A stretch of 64,000 bases of DNA, from positions 2,509-66,508 of the forward strand of contig CAYMHF010000006.1 in the NCBI GenBank assembly GCA_964390215.1. Reading direction: 5' to 3'. Position numbers and translations under genes: made by a program. The notes under the pieces were generated by a model. The model ran no database searches. It saw only the letters and a list, made by a program, of their open reading frames with translations, and was not told the DNA's origin. Positions 28,134 through 38,374 of the stretch are shown here, piece after piece; position 1 is the first letter of the stretch, and each line of letters starts with the position of its first letter. The DNA comes from an uncultured Dokdonella sp. Lineage in GTDB: Bacteria > Pseudomonadota > Gammaproteobacteria > Xanthomonadales > Rhodanobacteraceae.

Positions 28134-28206
28134 ACTTTGATATGGTTTTCCGCGTCGAACCGGCCGCAGTGCCTGTTCAACCCGATAATTGCAAGAGGAC
28201 GTCACG

Positions 28207-31200
28207 ATGAGCTATTTCCTTGATCGCCTGCAGTTTTTCAAGCGCGAGCGCACGACTTTCGCCGATGGCCATGGCACCACGCGCAGCGAGGATCGCGACT
28301 GGGAGGATGGCTATCGAGCGCGCTGGCAGTACGACAAGGTCGTGCGTTCCACGCATGGCGTGAACTGCACCGGTTCGTGCAGCTGGAAGATCTACGTCAA
28401 GAACGGCCTGGTCACCTGGGAGACCCAGCAGACCGACTATCCGCGCACGCGCCCGGATCTGCCCAATCACGAACCGCGTGGTTGCCCGCGCGGTGCCAGC
28501 TACTCCTGGTATCTGTACAGCGCCAACCGGCTGAAGTATCCGCTGGTGCGCGGCGCGCTGCTGCGCATGTGGCGCGCGGCGCGCAAGTCGATGTCGCCGG
28601 TCGAGGCCTGGGCCAGCATCGTCGAGGATCCGGTCAAGGCCAGGGAATACAAGACCCGTCGCGGCATGGGCGGCTTCGCCCGCGTGCGCTGGGATGAAGC
28701 CAACGAGATCATCGCCGCCTCGAATCTTTATACGACCAAGCAGTACGGTCCGGATCGCGTGATCGGCTTTTCGCCGATCCCGGCGATGTCGATGATTTCC
28801 TATGCCGCTGGCGCACGCTATTTGTCCTTGCTCGGCGGTGCCTGCCTGTCGTTCTATGACTGGTATTGCGATCTGCCGCCATCCTCGCCGCAGGTCTGGG
28901 GCGAGCAGACCGATGTGCCGGAATCGGCCGACTGGTACAACAGCCGCTACATCATCGCGTGGGGTTCCAATGTGCCGCAGACGCGCACCCCCGACGCCCA
29001 CTTCTTCACCGAGGCACGTTACAACGGCACCAAGACCGTTTCGGTGTGTCCCGACTATTCCGAAGTCGCCAAACTGACCGATCACTGGCTGCATCCCAAG
29101 CAGGGCACCGATGCCGCGCTGGCGTTCGCCTTCGGCCATGTGATCCTGAAAGAATTCCACGTCGACAAGCCCTCGCAGTATTTCACCGACTACTGCCGCC
29201 AGTATTCGGACATGCCGCTGCTGGTGCGTCTGGAAAAGCGCGCTGATGGTCGCCTGGTGCCGGAGCGCTTCCTGCGCGCCAGCGATCTCGGCGGTCTCGG
29301 CGAGGCGAACAATCCCGAGTGGAAGACCCTGGCCTTTGACGAGAACAGCGGTGAGCTGGCGATTCCGAACGGCTCGGTCGGTTTTCGCTGGGGCGAGAAG
29401 GGCAAATGGAACATTGAGCAAAAAGACAGTGCCGGTCGCGAAACCCGCCTGCGTCTAAGCCTCAAGGATTTCGCCCAGGGCATCGAGTCGGTCAGCTTTC
29501 CGTACTTCGGTGGCATCGAGCACGATCACTGGACGTCTTCGAAGTTCGAGGATGTGTTGGAGCGCAATATCCCGGTGCGCAAGCTGCAACTCGCCGATGG
29601 CAAGGAGTGGGCGGTGGCCACCGTCTACGATCTGCTGCTGGCGCAGTACGGAGTCGATCGCGGTTTCGGCGGTGGCAACGTCGCCGCCAGTTTCGATGAC
29701 AATGTGCCGGGCACACCGGCCTGGCAGGAAAAAATCACCGGCGTGCCGCGTCTCGACGTGATCGAAGTCGCCCGCGAGTTCGCCCGTACCGCCGACAAGA
29801 CTCACGGCCGCAGCATGATCATCGTCGGCGCCGGCATGAACCACTGGTTCCACAACGACATGAACTACCGCGGCCTGATCAACATGCTGATCATGTGCGG
29901 TTGCGTCGGTCAGACCGGTGGTGGCTGGGCGCACTACGTCGGCCAGGAAAAATTGCGTCCGCAGACTGGCTGGCAGCCGCTGGCATTTGGCCTGGACTGG
30001 AGCCGTCCGCCACGCCAGATGAACGGCACCTCCTACTACTATTTCAATACCGACCAGTGGCGCTACGAGAAGGTCAGGGTCGAGGAATTGCTGTCGCCGC
30101 TGGCCGACCCGAAGAAATACTCGGGTTCGCTGGCCGACTTCAACCTGCGTGCTGTGCGCATGGGCTGGTTGCCTTGCGCGCCTCAGCTCGACCGCAATCC
30201 GTTGCAGGTCGCCCGCGATGCCGCGAAGTCCGGGCAGTCGGCCGCCGATTACGTGGTCGCCAAGCTGAAGTCGGGTGATCTCGATTTTGCCTTTGCCGAT
30301 CCGGATTCGCCGCAGAACTTCCCGCGTGCCATGTTTGTCTGGCGCTCGAATCTGCTCGGTTCCTCGGGCAAGGGCCACGAGTACATGATGCGGCACATGC
30401 TCGGCACCAAGCATGGTTTGCAGGGCAAGGATCTCGGTGAAATGGGCGAGGTCAAGCCCGAGGAGATCAAATGGCGTGACGAGGCGCCCGAAGGCAAGCT
30501 CGATCTGCTGGTCACCCTCGATTTCCGCATGTGCACCACCGCGCTCTACTCCGATGTGGTGCTGCCGACTGCAACCTGGTACGAGAAGAACGACCTCAAT
30601 ACCTCGGACATGCATCCGTTCATCCATCCGCTGACCCAGGCGGTGGATCCGGCTTGGGAATCACGCAGCGACTGGGACATTTTCAAGGGCATCGCACGCG
30701 CGGTCAGCGAGATGGCGCCCGGCGTGCTTGGCGTCGAACAGGATGTGGTGCTGGTGCCGACCCTGCATGACACCCCGGGCGAACTGGCTATGCCGTTCGA
30801 CGTGCGCGACTGGAAAAAAGGCGAGTGCGAGCCGATTCCGGGCCGAACCATGCCATCGATCAGCGTGGTCGAGCGTGACTATCCCAATCTGTACAAGAAG
30901 TTCACCTCACTCGGGCCCTTGCTCGACAAGCTCGGTAATGGTGGCAAGGGTATCAACTGGGATACCCAGGACGAAGTCGACTTCCTCGGCAAGCTCAACC
31001 GCAGCGTGCGTGAGGAGGGCGTCAGCAAGGGCCGACCGCAGATCGAATCGGCAATCGATGCTTGTGAAGTGGTTCTGCATCTGGCCCCGGAAACCAACGG
31101 TCACGTCGCGGTCAAGGCCTGGGAGTCACTCGGCATCTTCACCGGCCGTGACCACACCCATCTGGCCAAGGGCAAGGAACACGAGGCGATCCGCTTCCGC

Positions 31201-31950
31201 GACATCGTCGCGCAGCCACGCAAGATCATTTCTTCGCCGATCTGGTCGGGTCTTGAGGACGACCACGTCAGCTACAACGCCGGCTACACCAATGTCCACG
31301 AGTTCATTCCATGGCGCACGCTGACCGGTCGTCAGCAGTTCTACCAGGATCACGAGTGGATGGTTGCCTTTGGCGAAGGCTTCATGCAGTACCGGCCACC
31401 GGTCGACACGAAGACCATCAAGCCGCTGCTCGACAAACGCGGCAACGGCAACAAGGAGATCGTGCTCAACTGGATCACGCCGCATCAGAAGTGGGGTATC
31501 CACAGCACCTACAGCGACAATCTGATCATGCAGACACTGTCGCGTGGCGGGCCGATTGTGTGGGTCAGCGAGGACGATGCGCGCGCGGCCGGTATTGTCG
31601 ACAACGACTGGATCGAGCTGTTCAATGTCAATGGCGCGATCACCGCACGCGCGGTGGTCAGTCAGCGCGTGATGCCGGGCATGGCGATGATGTATCACGC
31701 CCAGGAACGCATCATCAATATTCCCGGTTCGGAAATTACCGGTACCCGTGGCGGCATCCACAACTCGGTGACCCGCACCGTGGTCAAGCCGACGCACATG
31801 ATCGGTGGCTACGCGCAGTTGTCCTACGGGTTCAACTACTACGGTACCTGCGGCACCAACCGCGATGAGTTCGTCATCGTGCGCAAGATGAAGATGATCG
31901 ACTGGCTGGATGGCGAAGCCCCAGCGAAGACCGCCGAGGAGATTGCGTAA
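28207..31950 (+). CDS. narG: Respiratory nitrate reductase alpha subunit
   Basis: RSTHGVNCTGSCSW, FYDWYCDLPP, TPHQKWGIHSTY. Confidence 0.99.
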   Translation: MSYFLDRLQFFKRERTTFADGHGTTRSEDRDWEDGYRARWQYDKVVRSTHGVNCTGSCSWKIYVKNGLVTWETQQTDYPRTRPDLPNHEPRGCPRGASYSWYLYSANRLKYPLVRGALLRMWRAARKSMSPVEAWASIVEDPVKAREYKTRRGMGGFARVRWDEANEIIAASNLYTTKQYGPDRVIGFSPIPAMSMISYAAGARYLSLLGGACLSFYDWYCDLPPSSPQVWGEQTDVPESADWYNSRYIIAWGSNVPQTRTPDAHFFTEARYNGTKTVSVCPDYSEVAKLTDHWLHPKQGTDAALAFAFGHVILKEFHVDKPSQYFTDYCRQYSDMPLLVRLEKRADGRLVPERFLRASDLGGLGEANNPEWKTLAFDENSGELAIPNGSVGFRWGEKGKWNIEQKDSAGRETRLRLSLKDFAQGIESVSFPYFGGIEHDHWTSSKFEDVLERNIPVRKLQLADGKEWAVATVYDLLLAQYGVDRGFGGGNVAASFDDNVPGTPAWQEKITGVPRLDVIEVAREFARTADKTHGRSMIIVGAGMNHWFHNDMNYRGLINMLIMCGCVGQTGGGWAHYVGQEKLRPQTGWQPLAFGLDWSRPPRQMNGTSYYYFNTDQWRYEKVRVEELLSPLADPKKYSGSLADFNLRAVRMGWLPCAPQLDRNPLQVARDAAKSGQSAADYVVAKLKSGDLDFAFADPDSPQNFPRAMFVWRSNLLGSSGKGHEYMMRHMLGTKHGLQGKDLGEMGEVKPEEIKWRDEAPEGKLDLLVTLDFRMCTTALYSDVVLPTATWYEKNDLNTSDMHPFIHPLTQAVDPAWESRSDWDIFKGIARAVSEMAPGVLGVEQDVVLVPTLHDTPGELAMPFDVRDWKKGECEPIPGRTMPSISVVERDYPNLYKKFTSLGPLLDKLGNGGKGINWDTQDEVDFLGKLNRSVREEGVSKGRPQIESAIDACEVVLHLAPETNGHVAVKAWESLGIFTGRDHTHLAKGKEHEAIRFRDIVAQPRKIISSPIWSGLEDDHVSYNAGYTNVHEFIPWRTLTGRQQFYQDHEWMVAFGEGFMQYRPPVDTKTIKPLLDKRGNGNKEIVLNWITPHQKWGIHSTYSDNLIMQTLSRGGPIVWVSEDDARAAGIVDNDWIELFNVNGAITARAVVSQRVMPGMAMMYHAQERIINIPGSEITGTRGGIHNSVTRTVVKPTHMIGGYAQLSYGFNYYGTCGTNRDEFVIVRKMKMIDWLDGEAPAKTAEEIA

Positions 31951-33497
31951 TGAAAGTCCGCGCACAGATAGCCATGGTCTTGAACCTCGACAAGTGCATC
32001 GGTTGCCACACTTGCTCGATCACCTGCAAGAACGTCTGGACCTCACGCGAAGGGGTCGAATACGCCTGGTTCAACAATGTCGAGACCAAGCCCGGCGTCG
32101 GCTATCCGAAGGAATGGGAAAATCAGGAAAAATGGAACGGCGGCTGGGTGCGTACCCGCGCCGGCAAACTGGTGCCCAAGGCCGGTGGTCGCTGGCGCAT
32201 GCTGGCGAAGATCTTCGCCAACCCGGATCTGCCGCAGATCGACGACTACTACGAGCCGTTCGATTTCGACTATCAGCATCTGCATGAGGCACCCGACCTC
32301 AAGCACCAGCCCACCGCGCGGCCGCGTTCGCAGATCACCGGCCAGCGCATGCAGAAGATCCATTGGGGTCCGAACTGGGAGGAAATTCTCGGTACCGAGT
32401 TCGCCAAGCGCGCCAAGGATGTCAACTTCAATGGCGTGCAGAAGGAAATCTACGGCGCGTTCGAGAAGACCTTCATGATGTACCTGCCGCGCCTGTGCGA
32501 GCACTGCCTGAATCCGGCCTGCGTGTCAGCCTGTCCATCGGGTGCGATCTACAAGCGCGAGGAAGACGGCATCGTCCTCATCGACCAGGACAAGTGCCGC
32601 GGCTGGCGCATGTGCGTATCGGCGTGCCCGTACAAGAAGATCTACTACAACTGGAAGAGCGGCAAGTCGGAAAAATGCATTTTCTGTTATCCGCGCATCG
32701 AGATGGGCGAGCCGACGGTCTGCTCGGAAACCTGTGTCGGACGCATCCGCTATCTCGGTGTGATGCTGTACGACGCCGATCGCATCCAGGAAGCGGCGTC
32801 GGTGCCGGCCGAGAAGGATCTGTATCAGGCCCATCTCGACATTTTCCTCGATCCGTTCGATCCCAAGGTGATCGAGGCGGCGCGCAAGGAAGGCATTCCG
32901 GATAGCTGGCTGGAAGGTGCCAAGGCATCGCCGGTGTACAAGCTGGCGATCGACTGGAAGCTGGCACTGCCGCTGCATCCGGAATACCGCACCTTGCCGA
33001 TGGTCTGGTACGTGCCGCCACTGTCACCGATCCAGTCGGCTGCCGAGCGAGGCCGTATCGGCATGACGGGCGAGCTGCCGGATATTGCCTCGCTGCGCAT
33101 TCCGGTGCGCTATCTGGCCAACATGCTGACCGCCGGCGATGAAGCGCCGGTGATCCGCGCGCTGGAAAGGATGATGGCAATGCGCGCCTGGCGCCGGGCC
33201 AAGAACGTCGACGGCGTCGAAGACCTCAAGGTGCTTGAGCAGGCCGGTCTCACGGTCGCCCAGGCTGAAGACATGTATCGCTATCTTGCCATCGCCAATT
33301 ACGAAGATCGCTTCGTCATTCCCTCCGCGCATCGCGAATATGCCGATGATGCCTACGGCGAGCGCGGCGGCTGTGGCTTCACCTTTGGCAACGGCTGCAG
33401 CGGTGACAGCCCGGCCGACATCTTTGGTGAGCGGCGCATCACCACCTACAGCGTGCCGCCGAATCGCCAGGAGAAGAAAGAGGAGGTGACCTCGTGA
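31950..33497 (+). CDS. narH: Respiratory nitrate reductase beta subunit
   Basis: MKVRAQIAMVLNLDKCIGCHTCSITCK and further Fe-S motifs. Confidence 0.99.
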   Translation: MKVRAQIAMVLNLDKCIGCHTCSITCKNVWTSREGVEYAWFNNVETKPGVGYPKEWENQEKWNGGWVRTRAGKLVPKAGGRWRMLAKIFANPDLPQIDDYYEPFDFDYQHLHEAPDLKHQPTARPRSQITGQRMQKIHWGPNWEEILGTEFAKRAKDVNFNGVQKEIYGAFEKTFMMYLPRLCEHCLNPACVSACPSGAIYKREEDGIVLIDQDKCRGWRMCVSACPYKKIYYNWKSGKSEKCIFCYPRIEMGEPTVCSETCVGRIRYLGVMLYDADRIQEAASVPAEKDLYQAHLDIFLDPFDPKVIEAARKEGIPDSWLEGAKASPVYKLAIDWKLALPLHPEYRTLPMVWYVPPLSPIQSAAERGRIGMTGELPDIASLRIPVRYLANMLTAGDEAPVIRALERMMAMRAWRRAKNVDGVEDLKVLEQAGLTVAQAEDMYRYLAIANYEDRFVIPSAHREYADDAYGERGGCGFTFGNGCSGDSPADIFGERRITTYSVPPNRQEKKEEVTS

Positions 33498-34177
33498 AAG
33501 TGCTCAAGCTGATCGGTGTATTGATGGACTACCCGCAGGACGAGTTGTGGGGACATCGCGACGAACTCCTCGCGGCCGCTGAAGAAGCCGGTCTTTCCGC
33601 CAGTCGGCGACGCGACCTTGTGGCCTTCACAGGCGGCTTGCTCGACACCGACACGCTGACCGCCCAGGACGACTGGCTCAGCCTGTTTGATCGCGGTCGC
33701 TCGATGAGCCTGCTGCTGTTCGAGCATATCCACGGCGAGTCGCGTGATCGCGGCCAGGCGATGGTCGATCTGATCGAAACCTATCGCAAGAATGGTTTCG
33801 AGATGGCCGCCAAGGAGTTGCCCGACTATCTGCCGCTGCTGCTCGAATACCTCTCGCAGCGACCGGCCGAAGAGGCTCGCGACTGGCTGCATCACGTCAA
33901 CCATATTGTCGGCCTGCTGGCCGCGCGGGCCGGCGAGCGCAAGAGTCCCTATGCGGTGTTGTTCGAGATCCTCGTCGAGATGGCCGAAGGCAAGCTTGAG
34001 ATCGAACTTTTTCGCCGTCGTGCCAGCGAAGAGCCGCGTGACGACACGCCCGAGGCCATGGACAAGCTGTGGGAAGAAGAAGCGGTGCGCTTCGGCAGTG
34101 AAGCGCCGGATGAAAATTGTTCGCCTGGCGGCCGTCCCAAGCTGCGTGCCCAGGTCAACCAGGAGGTGCAGCCATGA
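33494..34177 (+). CDS. narJ: Nitrate reductase Mo-cofactor chaperone
   Basis: SLLLFEHIHGESRDRGQAMVDL, ELPDYLPLLLEYL. Confidence 0.97.
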   Translation: MKVLKLIGVLMDYPQDELWGHRDELLAAAEEAGLSASRRRDLVAFTGGLLDTDTLTAQDDWLSLFDRGRSMSLLLFEHIHGESRDRGQAMVDLIETYRKNGFEMAAKELPDYLPLLLEYLSQRPAEEARDWLHHVNHIVGLLAARAGERKSPYAVLFEILVEMAEGKLEIELFRRRASEEPRDDTPEAMDKLWEEEAVRFGSEAPDENCSPGGRPKLRAQVNQEVQP

Positions 34178-34881
34178 GTGATTCACTGAACCTGTTTGCG
34201 TTCCAGATCTATCCCTACATCGCACTGGCTGTGCTGTTCGTCGGCAGCTGGGCACGTTACGACCGGGCCATGTACACCTGGCGCACCGGATCCAGCCAGA
34301 TGCTTTCCAGCCGCGGCATGCGCATCGCCAGCAACCTGTTCCATTTGGGCATTCTGGCCATTCTCGGTGGTCACCTGATCGGTTTGCTGACCCCGCATTC
34401 GGTCTATGAACACATCATCACGGCGCCGCAAAAGCAACTCCTTGCCATGGTTGCCGGTGGTGTCTTCGGTGTGGTCTGCCTGATCGGCCTGCTCATGCTG
34501 CTGTGGCGGCGTCTGTTCAATCCACGCATTCGTGCCACCGGTACCACGGGTGACACCATCGTGCTGGTGTTGTTGCTGGCGCAGTTGCTGCTCGGTCTGT
34601 ACACGATCCTGCTTTCATCCCATCACCTGGATGGCAGCGTGATGATCCTGCTCAGTGAGTGGGCGCAGCGTATCGTCACCTTCCGTGGCGGTGCCGCCGA
34701 CTTCGTCGTCGGCGTGAGCTGGGTCTACAAGGCGCACATCTTCCTTGGCATGACGTTGTTCCTGGTCGCTCCGTTCACCCGCCTCGTGCATATCTGGAGC
34801 ATTCCGGTCAGCTACCTGTGGCGGCCATATCAGGTCGTGCGTCGGCGCCAGGCCGCCCTGCGTTACGGCTCGAAGGTTTAA
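34174..34881 (+). CDS. narI: Respiratory nitrate reductase gamma subunit
   Basis: IYPYIALAV, SNLFHLGIL, PFTRLVHIWS. Confidence 0.97.
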   Translation: MSDSLNLFAFQIYPYIALAVLFVGSWARYDRAMYTWRTGSSQMLSSRGMRIASNLFHLGILAILGGHLIGLLTPHSVYEHIITAPQKQLLAMVAGGVFGVVCLIGLLMLLWRRLFNPRIRATGTTGDTIVLVLLLAQLLLGLYTILLSSHHLDGSVMILLSEWAQRIVTFRGGAADFVVGVSWVYKAHIFLGMTLFLVAPFTRLVHIWSIPVSYLWRPYQVVRRRQAALRYGSKV

Positions 34882-34884
34882 GCC

Positions 34885-35790
34885 ATGACCGAGCCCAAGC
34901 GCATGCCACGCAGCTTGCCGATTACGGTGATCGATTCACGGAATTCGGTTACCGAGGATGCCCACGCACACGACGCGGATACCGGTGAGGGCCCGCGCAG
35001 TCTTGGGCGTCCGTCGCCGTGCCTGCTGTTCGTCGCCGACACGCCGATCAGTGAGTCCGACATCGCCCAGGAAATGCAACATCACCGCGCGATCAAGCCC
35101 GAGCAGTCGCGTGCCGATGCGGCGCGCGCGCTGGTCGTGCGCGAGTTGCTGTGCCGTGAGGTTGAGCGCCTGGGTCTGGCCGAGACGCTTGAGCCAGTCG
35201 GTCGCGAAACACTGGAGGAGGCGGCGATCCGCAGCCTGCTGGAAACCGAGGTCGAGCAGCGTGTACCGAGCGAAGACGATTGCCGGCGTTACTTCGAGCA
35301 GAACCGCGAACGCTTCCATACGCCGGACCGGGTCCGCATCCGCCACATCCTGCTCGCGGCAGCTCCTGATGATGTCGGTTCTCGCCTGGCCATGCGTTCC
35401 GAAGGCGAGCGTCTGATCGCCGAGTTGCAGGCCGCCCCGGTGCTGTTCACCGATTTCGCGGCACGCTTTTCGGATTGCCCGTCGAAAGAGCAGGGTGGAG
35501 AGCTGGGCTGGCTTGAGCGCGGCCAGACCACGCCGGAGTTTGATCGCCAGATATTCCGCCTGCGCGCCGGCTTGGCCGGCTTTCCGGTGGAATCACGCTG
35601 GGGCTATCACGTGGTCAGCGTCGATGAGATCGAGGCCGGCGTCGCCCAGGAGTTCGTCGAGGCGCATGCGCAAATCGCCGACTACCTCGAACTACAGGTA
35701 CGCCAGCGCGAGCTGCAGCACTACCTGCTGATCCTGCAGGAGCGCTACGAAGTGCGTGGCCTGGATGAGATCGAGGCCGCCGCCGCTTGA
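34885..35790 (+). CDS. PpiC/NifM-type peptidyl-prolyl isomerase of nar operons
   Basis: RHILL, FSDCPSKEQGGELG, SRWGYHVV. Confidence 0.9.
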   Translation: MTEPKRMPRSLPITVIDSRNSVTEDAHAHDADTGEGPRSLGRPSPCLLFVADTPISESDIAQEMQHHRAIKPEQSRADAARALVVRELLCREVERLGLAETLEPVGRETLEEAAIRSLLETEVEQRVPSEDDCRRYFEQNRERFHTPDRVRIRHILLAAAPDDVGSRLAMRSEGERLIAELQAAPVLFTDFAARFSDCPSKEQGGELGWLERGQTTPEFDRQIFRLRAGLAGFPVESRWGYHVVSVDEIEAGVAQEFVEAHAQIADYLELQVRQRELQHYLLILQERYEVRGLDEIEAAAA

Positions 35791-35848
35791 TTGCGAGCTG
35801 CATCCTTCGAATCGGATCCCGCGACCCTTTACTCCCGGAAACAACGGC

Positions 35849-37186
35849 ATGTACGACATCGAGCAGGTTTCCAACGCGCAGCAGCAGCGCGCAATGTGGC
35901 TCAGCACCTTCGCCTTCACCGTGTGTTTTGCGGTGTGGACGATCTTTTCGATCATCGGCATCCAGATCAAGAAGGATCTCGGCCTCAATGAGACGGCGTT
36001 CGGCCTGCTCATTGCCACGCCCATCCTGACCGGCTCGCTGACCCGGTTGTTCCTTGGTATCTGGGCCGATCAGTATGGTGGTCGCATCGTGCTGACCGCG
36101 GTCATGTTGTGCGCTGCGGCGGCAACCTGGATGCTGACCTGGGCACACAGCTATCCGCAATTCATCATTGCCGCGCTGTTTGTCGGCCTTGCCGGCGGCT
36201 CGTTCTCGGTCGGCGTGGCCTATGTCTCGAAATGGTTTCCGACCAACCGTCAGGGCACCGCACTGGGGATCTTTGGCGCCGGCAACGTCGGCGCAGCGGT
36301 GACCAAGTTGCTGGCACCGATGGTGATGGTCGCCGCGGGCTGGATCATGGTGGCCAGGATCTGGTCAGTCGGCATTGCCGTTACCGCCGTGCTGTTCTAC
36401 CTGTTCAGCCAGGATGATCCGTCGCTGGCCGAGCGGCGCAAGTCCGGAGCCAGGCCGATGTCGTTCCGTCAACAGATGGAGCCGCTGGGGAACATCCAGG
36501 TCTGGCGTTTCTCGCTTTACTATTTTTTCGTATTCGGTGGATTTGTCGCGCTGGCCTTGTGGCTGCCGCACTTCCTCACCGGCGCCTACGGGCTTGATGT
36601 ACGCACTGCCGGCCTGTTCGCAGCGGCCTATTCGATCCCGGCCAGCCTGTTTCGCATCGTCGGTGGCTGGCTGTCGGACAAGGTCGGCGCGCGCAGCGTC
36701 ATGTACTGGACGTTCGGCGTATCCACCCTGTGCACCTTCATCCTCGCCTATCCGGATACCCAGTACATCGTCAAAGGCATCAACGGAGACATCAGCTTTC
36801 GTCTGGCCATCGGCCTGATCCCGTTCACCGTGCTGGTATTCGTGCTGGGGTTCTTCATGTCGCTCGGCAAGGCCGCCGTATACAAGCACATCCCGGTCTA
36901 CTACCCGTCGCACGTCGGTTCGGTCGGCGGTGTGGTCGGCATGATCGGTGGTCTCGGCGGTTTCATCCTGCCGATTGCCTTTGGTGTGATGAATGATCTG
37001 ACCGGCGTGTGGACCAGTTGCTTCATGCTGCTGTTCGTGGTGGTCGCGGCCGCACTGGCCTGGATGCACTTCGCCATCCGCCGCATGGAGCGCGCGCACT
37101 TCCCGCAGATCGGCCGCGAAACCGACCTTCCGGAAATCATCGATGCTGCCCAAATCGACCAGGCTTCAGCCAGCGCGAAGCGCTGA
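35849..37186 (+). CDS. narK: Nitrate transporter (NarK1-type)
   Basis: AFTVCFAVWTIFSIIG, GIFGAGNVG, FGGFVALALWLP. Confidence 0.93.
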   Translation: MYDIEQVSNAQQQRAMWLSTFAFTVCFAVWTIFSIIGIQIKKDLGLNETAFGLLIATPILTGSLTRLFLGIWADQYGGRIVLTAVMLCAAAATWMLTWAHSYPQFIIAALFVGLAGGSFSVGVAYVSKWFPTNRQGTALGIFGAGNVGAAVTKLLAPMVMVAAGWIMVARIWSVGIAVTAVLFYLFSQDDPSLAERRKSGARPMSFRQQMEPLGNIQVWRFSLYYFFVFGGFVALALWLPHFLTGAYGLDVRTAGLFAAAYSIPASLFRIVGGWLSDKVGARSVMYWTFGVSTLCTFILAYPDTQYIVKGINGDISFRLAIGLIPFTVLVFVLGFFMSLGKAAVYKHIPVYYPSHVGSVGGVVGMIGGLGGFILPIAFGVMNDLTGVWTSCFMLLFVVVAAALAWMHFAIRRMERAHFPQIGRETDLPEIIDAAQIDQASASAKR

Positions 37187-37203
37187 AGCGGCATCGTTCG
37201 ACG

Positions 37204-37229
37204 GCGAACCCGGCTCTAGCCGGGTTCGC
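37204..37229. terminator. Hairpin between convergent genes
   Basis: GCGAACCCGGC-TCTA-GCCGGGTTCGC, perfect 11-bp stem. Confidence 0.75.
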
Positions 37230-37254
37230 AACGCGATCCATGTCGCGGGGTGAT

Positions 37255-37692
37255 TCAGGCCATCGTTGGCGTCGGCGACGACAGTCGTGCGAAGGCGAGC
37301 ACATGGCCGTCCGGATCGAGCACGTAGCTCACTGTGTGTCCCCAGTCGCGCGCCATCAGCGGAGCCAATTCGGTTGCGCCTGCAGCGAGCGCACGCCGAT
37401 GAAGCACGTTCGGGTGGGCGACGAGCAGGTAGAGCTCGGCTCTCGGAATGCCGCGCGCGAGTGCAGGATCGGGCAGGCTCGAACCAAGCAACCGACGAAT
37501 GCCTGATTCCGGCATCAGCCCGAGAATGGCTCCGCCGGGCAGGCTGAACTCGGACATGCCAGGGACATCCAGACGTGGCTCGAAGCCCAGCACGAGGCGA
37601 TAGAACGCCACGCTGGCAGGCTGATCCGAAACATAGAAAACCAGATGCGCCGCAGCGGAGTGGCCGAACGCGTCAGAGTAACCGACTTGCAT
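37255..37692 (-). CDS. VOC/glyoxalase-family protein
   Basis: YVSDQPASVAFY, RDWGHTVSYVLDPDGHVLAF. Confidence 0.85.
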   Translation of the reverse strand: MQVGYSDAFGHSAAAHLVFYVSDQPASVAFYRLVLGFEPRLDVPGMSEFSLPGGAILGLMPESGIRRLLGSSLPDPALARGIPRAELYLLVAHPNVLHRRALAAGATELAPLMARDWGHTVSYVLDPDGHVLAFARLSSPTPTMA

Positions 37693-37871
37693 GGTGTATT
37701 TCCCTGCTTTGCCGCTGTGTGGACATTCGACAACTTATGTACTCCGGTGCTGTCTGTCCAGCCATATCTGTGTGGCGGATGCGACAGTCCACCACAGGCG
37801 ATTCAGTGCCGCCGATTGGCCTTTGCTGGCCGCATCGGCTATGGTCAAGTGCGACCCTGCAACGGGGCCAC

Positions 37872-38369
37872 ATGATGAATCGAAATGTTTCCGCTGATCT
37901 CGCTGCGCTGTATCCGGCGCTCAAGCAGTACAGCTTGGAGGTGCGCAAGGATCGGCGACTGTCGGTACCCCCTGCGGACTCGGTAACGATCCATAGCACG
38001 GAGTGTGGGAGTCAGTTGACTCTCGATGCGCGAATAGAGAACGCGCGGGTCAGCGAGATCGGCTATCGCGTGCGAGCCTGTTCGTTGGGACAGGCCTCGA
38101 CGGCCATCTTCGCCAGGCATGCATTGGATTTGGATCTGGCCACTCTGCGGCGCCTGGAAGAACAGGTGCAGGCCATTCTTGATGGCAATGCGACTTACTG
38201 CGAGTGGAGAGAAATGGAAATATTCTCATTGATCAAGGGCGTTCCTTTGCGTCATGGGTCGATTCTGCTGCCGTTTCAGGCAATGCGGAAACTCTTCAAT
38301 CGGGCTGGCCAGGCGCTACCCGAGACTATGGAAAATCCGCTTCAATCACCGTCTACTACGGGAGTATAG
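37872..38369 (+). CDS. NifU/IscU-like scaffold-family protein
   Basis: STECGSQLTLD, RACSLGQAS, RHGSILLPF. Confidence 0.75.
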   Translation: MMNRNVSADLAALYPALKQYSLEVRKDRRLSVPPADSVTIHSTECGSQLTLDARIENARVSEIGYRVRACSLGQASTAIFARHALDLDLATLRRLEEQVQAILDGNATYCEWREMEIFSLIKGVPLRHGSILLPFQAMRKLFNRAGQALPETMENPLQSPSTTGV

Positions 38370-38374
38370 GAATA